From: Alphaproteobacteria bacterium
Lineage (GTDB): Bacteria > Pseudomonadota > Alphaproteobacteria > Rs-D84
DNA: 30,086 bases
Direction: 5' to 3'
Assembly (NCBI GenBank): GCA_024402835.1
Contig: JAKSSZ010000001.1
Location: 1 to 30,086 of the forward strand
Shown here: one piece after another, positions 1 through 6,470 of the stretch
How the letters are laid out: every line of letters begins with the position of its first letter
Position numbering within the stretch: the stretch's first letter is position 1
The notes under the pieces: generated by a model
What the model saw: only the letters and a program-made list of their open reading frames with translations
Told to the model about the DNA's origin: nothing
Database searches by the model: none
Made by a program: the position numbers and the translations under genes

Positions 1-91
1 GGTGCGGGGGGGGGGGGGGGGGGGTTGGTTGGGGGGGGGGGGGGGGTGGGGTGGGGGGGGTGCGTGCGGGGGGGGTGGCGTGCGGGGGGGG
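1..91. other. G-rich low-complexity run, probable sequencing/assembly artefact at the contig end
   Basis: Almost pure G runs that switch abruptly to AT-rich sequence at ~92. Confidence 0.8.
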
Positions 92-138
92 GGATTGAAT
101 TACTTGAAACAATTTGTTGCTTTTACTATGATCTGAAT

Positions 139-354
139 ATGGATAAATTTACGATTGATTTTATCAGAGGAAGAATCGATGAAGCTGTCCAGCAACATCC
201 TGGTGTTCGGGCTTTGAATGTTCCTATTACTGGGAAGCTTTATAATTACATGATTTCATATGATACTGTAAATCGTACGGTCACCGGCGTCGTTTTGCAA
301 CTGAGCCATAATAAACGTAGACCCATAACATTATCTGATATTTTAATTAAATAA
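139..354 (+). CDS. Hypothetical protein (71 aa)
   Basis: ATG at 139 in the non-artefactual part of ORF 25..354; no clear SD; convergent overlap with the next gene. Confidence 0.35.
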   Translation: MDKFTIDFIRGRIDEAVQQHPGVRALNVPITGKLYNYMISYDTVNRTVTGVVLQLSHNKRRPITLSDILIK

Positions 355-1023
355 TGATAGTTGTTTTGGCGGTAAATTGAGTTTGTATTTTCCGTTTTGA
401 TCAGATTTTATGATCCTGCGCCAATATTTATTATGGCTAAAGATGTCTTTGATTCTGTCGGAAGTTGAATCAATATCTTTTAATATTCGCTTACCATACA
501 TCCAAGGATTACCATTTTCTCTTGCTTGCCACAATCGCTTTATAACCTTGGCCTGTTGCTCACCAAACTTGTATTCTTGTCCACACCATATAAAACAAGT
601 AAAATCATCCGAGATCAATTCAAAAGCATTGTCTGTATGCGGTATGTTCCTATAAAGTACCTCAAAGTTCTCTACCTGTTCCATAGGAATTACGAGATCA
701 AAAAAGCCCACAAAAAATGGGGCTTCTAGGATTGTTTTCATATCGTAATTGCCGATATGAGAGATTTCTATTTTTTGGTTTTTATTTTTGAACATCAGAT
801 AAATATAACGATGATCTATATACAGTTTGCTCAATTTCTGCAACAGATCATAACAAGGACCGGCTTGTGATCTTGCCAGCGCAATCTCTATGGCAGCAGG
901 TCGTAGATAGAGCCTTATTTCACCTGTTTCGGCCAAAGCTTCTATTATAGATGTCCTACATTTCCAGCGTTGCGCCAAATCCTCTATATCCAAAAATGCT
1001 ATAGGAAGATTCAGGTCGTTCAT
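343..1023 (-). CDS. Putative DNA-binding protein: N-terminal HTH-like segment, C-terminal winged-helix-like domain, terminal QLSLF motif
   Basis: LDIEDLAQRWKC (Xis/MerR-like); FGEQQAKVIKRLW...PWMYGKRIL...GKYKLNL resembles island-associated wHTH hypotheticals; ends KQLSLFN. Confidence 0.7.
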   Translation of the reverse strand: MNDLNLPIAFLDIEDLAQRWKCRTSIIEALAETGEIRLYLRPAAIEIALARSQAGPCYDLLQKLSKLYIDHRYIYLMFKNKNQKIEISHIGNYDMKTILEAPFFVGFFDLVIPMEQVENFEVLYRNIPHTDNAFELISDDFTCFIWCGQEYKFGEQQAKVIKRLWQARENGNPWMYGKRILKDIDSTSDRIKDIFSHNKYWRRIIKSDQNGKYKLNLPPKQLSLFN

Positions 1024-1045
1024 GGTGTCTCTTTTGTTCGTTGTT

Positions 1046-1083
1046 AAAAAGAAAAAAGGGTTGTTGAAAAATCAACAACTCCT
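1046..1083 (-). terminator. Rho-independent terminator-like hairpin
   Basis: Minus strand GAGTTGTTGA-TTTT-TCAACAACCC followed by TTTTTTCTTTTT. Confidence 0.55.
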
Positions 1084-1203
1084 TTCCTTTATTATAATAG
1101 TAAACAAACTTTTTAGCTTTGCACCATTTTTATTTTTACCTGGTTTGCTTGATTTTTTTATCTGCTGTGTTATAATTTGTGCACTTTCCCCCCCACATAA
1201 GAA

Positions 1204-1464
1204 CTATTTCCTAGGAAACATTTCAACAGGTATGTTTATTCGTATCAATAGCCCTTGTTTTTCTTTTATGATTTGCATCTTTCGTTCTTTGTTGCTTAAG
1301 ACATATTTGGCAGTAAGTTTTTTATTGTCTTTGTTAATCCTGATAAATTGGAACCCTTGTTTCTCACACTCTGCTATCGCTTGTGCATTGTCATTCTTGA
1401 ATTTGTCAGAAACTTTCGCTGCAGCATGCATTACACCTGCCAAATCTTCCTTATAGTCTTTCAT
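1204..1464 (-). CDS. Hypothetical protein (86 aa)
   Basis: ORF in a tightly packed minus-strand operon. Confidence 0.6.
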   Translation of the reverse strand: MKDYKEDLAGVMHAAAKVSDKFKNDNAQAIAECEKQGFQFIRINKDNKKLTAKYVLSNKERKMQIIKEKQGLLIRINIPVEMFPRK

Positions 1465-1627
1465 TGCTTTTTCTTTGTTTTGATTGTTCTTTATATTTTT
1501 GTAGTGCGAATCTTAAACCATCTTCATAGCCCAGCCTATATTCGTTACATTCTTGAACTTTTAGAAATTCATCCTGTTCTTTTTCGGTCTTTTTGATTTC
1601 TTTTTCTAATATCTGTATGTATTTCAT
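1451..1627 (-). CDS. Small hypothetical protein (58 aa, MKYIQILEKEIKK...KSNERL), absent from the ORF track
   Basis: Hand translation; ATG overlaps the upstream TGA (ATGA at 1624-1627); fills the gap in the operon. Confidence 0.6.
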   Translation of the reverse strand: MKYIQILEKEIKKTEKEQDEFLKVQECNEYRLGYEDGLRFALQKYKEQSKQRKSNERL

Positions 1628-1905
1628 TCTTCAGCCCCTATAAATATAATTCCAAACCATTTACGCATCAGATCCATATGCCCTTTATATGATGTTTGTG
1701 CATCTCGTTCTTGGTTGAATTGGGCTTTTTCTTCGGCTGACAGTGCGAGTTCTTGAACCAGGCGATTAGCTACCCCAAACAGATAGAAAACGTTGCCCTG
1801 TGGCCCCTTTGTGTCGATTATTATGCCTGTTGGGTATTTGGCATCAACTGGTTCTTGTTGTTCAGCAAGTTTCAGTTTTTTCAGCAGTGTTTCCTTCGTT
1901 TCCAT
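1624..1905 (-). CDS. Phage-type small hypothetical protein (93 aa)
   Basis: IDTKGPQGNVFYLFG resembles the D.tGPdGNAF motif of small phage proteins (recalled, not searched). Confidence 0.65.
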   Translation of the reverse strand: METKETLLKKLKLAEQQEPVDAKYPTGIIIDTKGPQGNVFYLFGVANRLVQELALSAEEKAQFNQERDAQTSYKGHMDLMRKWFGIIFIGAEE

Positions 1906-2419
1906 GTTTGTTCCTTTTGGTTAATCGTTCTTGTATATAACCCCACACCATTTCAAGTTCTCTGACACTAGTGTGTTCAGAATTAAGCCATATTCCTGGT
2001 GTGGCATATACGGTGTTGTTTTCACAGCCAATAATTTTTCGTATCAAATCTTGTACATTTGGCTTTCTCATTTCGTAATGAATGGCCGCTTTGTATAACA
2101 ATCTTTTATCTATAGACGGTTGTGTTAAAGCATCACCTGTATGCAAACTCCAAAACTCTGCCAGTTTTAATTTATGCAACATGGCTATTTTTATCATAAC
2201 CACTCCAAGCGTTTTTGGTTCTGGACCATCCAACATTTGATCTGCCAAATGCCTACCGGCTTTACTATTTAAAAATTCTATAATTTCATCTTCCGTTTTT
2301 TCTGGGTATAACCCAACCAATCTTTTAACCATTACATCCCAGATGTTGTTGGTTGATTCTTCATCAAATGAATTTTTGATTGTTCCGTAAAAACCAAATT
2401 CTTTATTTATTTCAATCAT
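1862..2419 (-). CDS. Prophage/island-type hypothetical protein (185 aa)
   Basis: FGFYGT...W...IIEFLNSKAGRHLAD resembles a conserved hypothetical family of proteobacterial prophage-like islands. Confidence 0.65.
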   Translation of the reverse strand: MIEINKEFGFYGTIKNSFDEESTNNIWDVMVKRLVGLYPEKTEDEIIEFLNSKAGRHLADQMLDGPEPKTLGVVMIKIAMLHKLKLAEFWSLHTGDALTQPSIDKRLLYKAAIHYEMRKPNVQDLIRKIIGCENNTVYATPGIWLNSEHTSVRELEMVWGYIQERLTKRNKHGNEGNTAEKTETC

Positions 2420-2421
2420 GA

Positions 2422-2673
2422 CTAATCCTCTTGTACTGTTGTGTCAAACTTTATGTCTTCGGATCCTTTAAAATCCTTTGGAATGTCGTAGCCGATCTTA
2501 CGTAATAGGGTTACTATTTCCCTTTCTGTGCGACCGTCTTCAATCCAACAATATGCAGTGCTTTCAGTGATGTATTTAGACCGTAAAGCCTTACAAATTT
2601 TTTCTATCCCTGTGCCGGTGGCTATTTCGTACCCCAGCGCAGCCAGATATATGTTTTTCGTTGGTTTTCTCAT
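2422..2673 (-). CDS. Hypothetical protein (83 aa)
   Basis: ORF ending 2 nt before the next start; operon context. Confidence 0.6.
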   Translation of the reverse strand: MRKPTKNIYLAALGYEIATGTGIEKICKALRSKYITESTAYCWIEDGRTEREIVTLLRKIGYDIPKDFKGSEDIKFDTTVQED

Positions 2674-2739
2674 GTTTTTACCCCTTTGGTTGTGCTGTAC
2701 ATTACCGTAATAAAACGGTATATCCAGTTAATAATTCGC

Positions 2740-4005
2740 TTATTTGCATATGGCCTCCGTTATGTGATTTACCGCCTTAAATGTCCCACTATCCGCATAA
2801 TGTGTATAGTGTTCGGTCGTTGCTAAACGGCTGTGTCCGGCAGCATCTTTGATGGCATTCATGTTTTCGCCCAAGTTGGCCCCCATTGTGATGAATGAAT
2901 GGCGCAGATCGTGTAACCGCATATGGGGCAGTCCAGCATCTTTTAGGATCCATTCAAACGGCTTTCTGATATTATCCACCGGTTTGTCTTTATCAAATAT
3001 CCCAGGGAACACATATTTGCTACCCAGCAATTCGGCTTCTTTCATCGCTATTTCTAATTCCTTAACCGCCGCATCGGACAGCTTTACGTCTCTGGCACCC
3101 GTTTTACTGTCTTTCAAGTGAATCATCTTTTCTGACAGCGATACTTCGTCCATTTCAAGGTCTCGTATTTCTGATCTGCGGCATCCTGTTAAAGCCAATA
3201 CTTTTAATACACGAAACATACGTGGGTGCATTCTTGATCTTGAGGATGCAGTTTCCAACGATTTAAAAAAGCGTTTATAACCATCAAGATCTAATATGGT
3301 CGGTTTGTATGTCGGGTTAGTGCCACGTTTGACATAACCGCACAGGTTGGATCCATGTGGCATGAATCCATATGATTCACACCAATCCCAGAAACTTGAT
3401 ATCAACGACAAGATTTTATTCGCCGTTGAAAAGGATGTCCTTTTTGCCCATTCAGCATAAGCGTCTATCAGGTCTCTTGATTTTATGTCTTGTATAAACT
3501 TTCTGCCGAACAGCGGTTTAATGTATGACCGGTATTGGATAAGATCTGTTTTCTGTGTGCTTGGTTTTTTATGCAACGCACTGTACTTATCAACGTAAAG
3601 CATAAAGGCATCATTGAATACTTGTTTTGTAGAAAACTTTATCAATTCATTTTTTAAGTCGTTTTTCTGCAAAGTTTCAACAGTCGTTTCCATCTGTGCC
3701 GGTTGGGCATCAACTGGTAGGTTTATATTACCCAGCAATACCATTTTGCGCCACTCCTTAGCTCTGGCATACACTTCCTCTACATTCGTAAATTCAGACC
3801 ATTTACCCATAGCTATAATCTTTCTATTACGCATCTGTTTTAGTTTGCACGAGAAGAAAAAACTTATTGTTTTTGTTCTGTAGTAATATCTTAAAAACAG
3901 ACCCGGGATAGTCCCATCTGAAATTTGCATATTCACATCCCCAGTCAGTCGTTCAATCCAACTGTCTTTGAATGCGCGTGTTTTGCATAGCCATTTTTCT
4001 GACAT
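2740..4005 (-). CDS. int: Tyrosine recombinase/integrase with N-terminal arm-binding (DUF4102/P4-like) domain
   Basis: Catalytic motifs LTGCRRSEI (R), DSKTG (K), HDLRH (H-x-x-R), GH and HY; N-terminal DGTIPGLFLR; SD AGAGG; adjacent to att. Confidence 0.95.
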   Translation of the reverse strand: MSEKWLCKTRAFKDSWIERLTGDVNMQISDGTIPGLFLRYYYRTKTISFFFSCKLKQMRNRKIIAMGKWSEFTNVEEVYARAKEWRKMVLLGNINLPVDAQPAQMETTVETLQKNDLKNELIKFSTKQVFNDAFMLYVDKYSALHKKPSTQKTDLIQYRSYIKPLFGRKFIQDIKSRDLIDAYAEWAKRTSFSTANKILSLISSFWDWCESYGFMPHGSNLCGYVKRGTNPTYKPTILDLDGYKRFFKSLETASSRSRMHPRMFRVLKVLALTGCRRSEIRDLEMDEVSLSEKMIHLKDSKTGARDVKLSDAAVKELEIAMKEAELLGSKYVFPGIFDKDKPVDNIRKPFEWILKDAGLPHMRLHDLRHSFITMGANLGENMNAIKDAAGHSRLATTEHYTHYADSGTFKAVNHITEAICK

Positions 4006-4080
4006 GTTTTACCTCTTAGTTTGGTTGCATACAACATGCCTCTAAAAACAGGAACATCCAGTAAAAAGAACGGAAAAAGA

Positions 4081-4275
4081 TCATATCCGATTTTCCTTGC
4101 TTATACGGTCCAACCATGCTAATACGTCCGACTTTCTGTACCTGACCGTATTTTTGCCCATATTGAAATATTTTGGCCCAATTTTCTTCATTCTGAATTT
4201 TGCTATGGTATATGGAGCCAATCCAAGCATCTTCGCAACTTGTCTGGTCGTTAACAAATAATCTTGATCTTGCAT
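4081..4275 (-). CDS. Excisionase/AlpA-like HTH protein (64 aa)
   Basis: LLTTRQVAKMLG...GPKYF...VRYRKSDVLAWL; start reassigned to ATG 4275 with SD AAAGGA; upstream of int. Confidence 0.85.
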   Translation of the reverse strand: MQDQDYLLTTRQVAKMLGLAPYTIAKFRMKKIGPKYFNMGKNTVRYRKSDVLAWLDRISKENRI

Positions 4276-4372
4276 ATTATGTCCTTTGGGTTTTGTTATA
4301 CATTTTGACGATAAAGCCCGGACCATATTTTTTCTAGTCAGAAAAATCCAAAAATTTCCAACTTGTTTTTAT

Positions 4373-4521
4373 GAAATCAGAGTTGAAATCAGCGATGGTT
4401 TTACAGACATCAATTTAGAAATCAGAGCAATAATCAACACTGATATCGGGCTTGAAATCAGATATGAAATCAGCATAGATATCAGACCTGAAATCAGATA
4501 AGAAATCAGGGCAGAAATCAC
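4373..4521. repeat. Array of 12 degenerate GAAATCAG octamers with 12-bp period and variable 4-nt linkers
   Basis: Copies start at 4373, 4385, 4406, 4418, 4430, 4442, 4454, 4466, 4478, 4490, 4502 and 4514. Confidence 0.9.
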
Positions 4522-4661
4522 AATGTGTTTTGTATGCTTAGGGTTGCTTTGATATGATTGTTGAAAAAGATTATAGCTTACCATACATTCAATATGTGTT
4601 AAGTGTCGCAAACCCACAGAATCCGCGGCACACAGCCCGATTATACCAAATTGCCCCTTAG

Positions 4662-4706
4662 CTGTTAATCCGTATGTCACTGGTTCGAGTCCAGTTGCCC
4701 GAGCCA
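4662..4706 (+). tRNA. Partial tRNA-Asn(GTT): 3' half only (anticodon loop to CCA), att junction between elements 1 and 2; not an intact gene
   Basis: CTGTTAA loop, TCCGT, T arm ACTGG-TTCGAGT-CCAGT, acceptor TGCCCGA-G-CCA; upstream sequence cannot form the anticodon stem, D arm or acceptor 5' strand. Confidence 0.88.
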
Positions 4707-4716
4707 CAGATTACAA

Positions 4717-4744
4717 GGGGTTCGCAAGAATCCCTTTTTCTTTT
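4717..4744 (+). terminator. Rho-independent terminator after the tRNA fragment
   Basis: GGGGTTC-GCAA-GAATCCC followed by TTTTTCTTTT. Confidence 0.85.
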
Positions 4745-4750
4745 AAAAAT

Positions 4751-4773
4751 CTATATGCTACCTATATGCTACC
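4751..4773. repeat. Tandem 11-bp direct repeat CTATATGCTAC x2, putative integrase arm-type sites
   Basis: Perfect tandem repeat ~45 bp right of the att core; homologous pair at 18495-18514. Confidence 0.65.
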
Positions 4774-5089
4774 AAAAGCGGCTGTTTTTTCACTAAATAT
4801 TTGATATTTTTGAGCATATCAAAAACAACCATATTTTTTACATATTGCCCTGGGAGGGGTGGTGCCCACCATGCGAAATGTGGTTATGGTGTTTTAACTT
4901 ACGCAATGATTTCATTTGACGAATATGATGAACATATCACAAATATTTAATACATATAAATCACACAATGACTTACTGTATGATCAATTGTATACACTAC
5001 AAACATATCGTATTAAAGTGATATTCAATAGTTTTTTGTATATTTTTATCCAATTTTATGTTATAATCTCCTGTAGAGATGGGGAAATC

Positions 5090-5119
5090 TTGACTTTTTA
5101 TATATTTTGTTTTTATACT
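5090..5119 (+). promoter_or_regulatory. Putative sigma70 promoter of Panacea-toxin operon 1
   Basis: TTGACT-18 bp-TATACT, 20 nt upstream of ATG 5140. Confidence 0.5.
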
Positions 5120-5139
5120 TTAACCTAAGTGGTGGAATC

Positions 5140-5649
5140 ATGGCAATAAAATTTAATATGAATACACAAAAGGCAATAGAATCTGTTCTGTGGATCATTC
5201 AGAACGGAGAGTCCAACATGTACAATATTTGGAAGATTTTGTTTTCTGCCGAAAAGTATCATTTGAATAAGTATGGTCGACCAATCACTGGCGATAGATA
5301 TATTGCGATGGAATATGGAACTGTTCCAAGTTGGTTGTATGATGCTTCTAAAATAAAACGTCAAGGATTAGGTTTTTACAGAGATAATAACTCGTTACTT
5401 GCAGAACGCGTTCCTGTTATGGATTATTTTTCAGAAACCGATTTAGAAGCACTGCAACACGGGGTAGCGGAGTATGCGGGACTTGATTTTATAGCTGTTA
5501 GAGACAAAAATCACCAAGAGCCGTGCTGGAAAAAGAATTATGCTATGCGTGGAGATAGCGATAGTGCCCCAATTCCTTTTGAAGATATCATAGAAGAGGA
5601 CTGGCTTCGTGAAGATTTAAAAGTTCTTTCTCATAGCATGGTTTTGTAA
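5140..5649 (+). CDS. Panacea (DUF4065/SocA-like) antitoxin domain protein
   Basis: IWKILFSAEKYHLNKYGRPITGDRYIAMEYGTVPS matches the DUF4065 pattern; start reassigned to ATG 5140 with SD GGTGGA. Confidence 0.85.
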   Translation: MAIKFNMNTQKAIESVLWIIQNGESNMYNIWKILFSAEKYHLNKYGRPITGDRYIAMEYGTVPSWLYDASKIKRQGLGFYRDNNSLLAERVPVMDYFSETDLEALQHGVAEYAGLDFIAVRDKNHQEPCWKKNYAMRGDSDSAPIPFEDIIEEDWLREDLKVLSHSMVL

Positions 5650-5650
5650 T

Positions 5651-6028
5651 ATGGCTGAAATATCAGATGTTTTTGTAATAAATGTTAGAGATAGTAACAT
5701 AAACAATCGAGAAACTAAGCATTGTATTTGTATATCCGTATCAAAAGATAAGTATCTGGTTATTAATACGGAACACCGACAAATGTACGATGATTTTGAA
5801 ATCAAGGCGTCAGATTACCCTTTTTTAAAGGGTAAAGACAGGTTTGTATGTTGTGCATCAGTTCATAAATTTTTACCAGATAGAATTATATCCGAAAGCG
5901 TTGGAAAATTAAAATATCCGGACATGTTGAAAATAATAGAAAAAATCCAAAATTCGAAAATTTTGGATAAAAGTGAAAAAAATGATATTTTGCCGGATTT
6001 AATTGAATGGCAATTAGATAACTCTTAA
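5651..6028 (+). CDS. Putative toxin, PemK/MazF-like fold
   Basis: 1 nt after the Panacea stop; KHCICIS..KYLVINT...YPFLK..DRFV...VGKL pattern is PemK-like (inference). Confidence 0.55.
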   Translation: MAEISDVFVINVRDSNINNRETKHCICISVSKDKYLVINTEHRQMYDDFEIKASDYPFLKGKDRFVCCASVHKFLPDRIISESVGKLKYPDMLKIIEKIQNSKILDKSEKNDILPDLIEWQLDNS

Positions 6029-6075
6029 AGTTTTTCTTTGCAAATTTTTCCCCCAGACATAAGTCTGAGGGTGAT

Positions 6076-6459
6076 TTATTTAAATCCTTTTTGCTGAGCT
6101 TCGTATGAAACCTTGAACTTTTGTTTTGTTATTGGGCCGTTTGGAAACGGGATTTGTGGTGCATCTGCGGTCAAAGATAGGAACAATTTAATTGCTGCCA
6201 TATCCCCGTACAATGCAGATGAAACCAATTGTGCAAGAATCCCATCCATAATGGTTGGATCTTCTATGTGGTACTTGTCTATGAACCTTTTGCGATTATA
6301 ATCGTTGTCAAAAGGCATCGGTGAGCTGGCCATAGAAGCAACCATTTCACGTAATTTTTTACGCTCACGGCGTACTTGACCAGACACCAGGCCACCAATC
6401 TGGCCGAGTTCTCGGGCTTCGTTCGGGCTTAATACTCTCAAATTCTGTTCATTTGCCAT
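6076..6459 (-). CDS. Terminase-small-subunit-like / KGG-type phage protein
   Basis: MANEQNL...EARELGQIGGLVSGQVRRERKKLRE...ALYGDMAAIK resembles proteins found upstream of terL; SD AGGAGG. Confidence 0.6.
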   Translation of the reverse strand: MANEQNLRVLSPNEARELGQIGGLVSGQVRRERKKLREMVASMASSPMPFDNDYNRKRFIDKYHIEDPTIMDGILAQLVSSALYGDMAAIKLFLSLTADAPQIPFPNGPITKQKFKVSYEAQQKGFK

Positions 6460-6470
6460 TTGTTGCCTCC

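Larger units (their letters stand above)
92..4706. mobile_element. Integrative element 1 (right part), tyrosine-integrase island at tRNA-Asn
   Basis: Integrase and Xis-like gene next to a tRNA-Asn 3' fragment; phage-type hypothetical genes; left end not visible. Confidence 0.8.

Noticed and set aside
25-138. Gly-rich N-terminal extension of ORF 25..354
   Set aside because: It translates the poly-G run, most likely a sequencing artefact; G-quadruplex speculation is rejected for the same reason
4373-4521. CRISPR array
   Set aside because: An 8-bp repeat with 4-bp linkers is far below CRISPR dimensions; no cas genes or true array anywhere in the window
4630-4706. Intact tRNA-Asn gene
   Set aside because: No 5' acceptor strand (TCGGGCA), D arm or anticodon-stem 5' strand upstream of 4662
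4369-4707. 112-aa minus-strand ORF (MARATGLEPVTYGLT...LISx repeats)
   Set aside because: The N-terminus is the antisense translation of the tRNA fragment and the C-terminus is the 12-bp array; only a shorter peptide remains possible, noted in the array finding
4859-4868. GTGGTGCCCA shared with 28741-28750
   Set aside because: Only 10 bp, different contexts and no shared flanks; plausible coincidence
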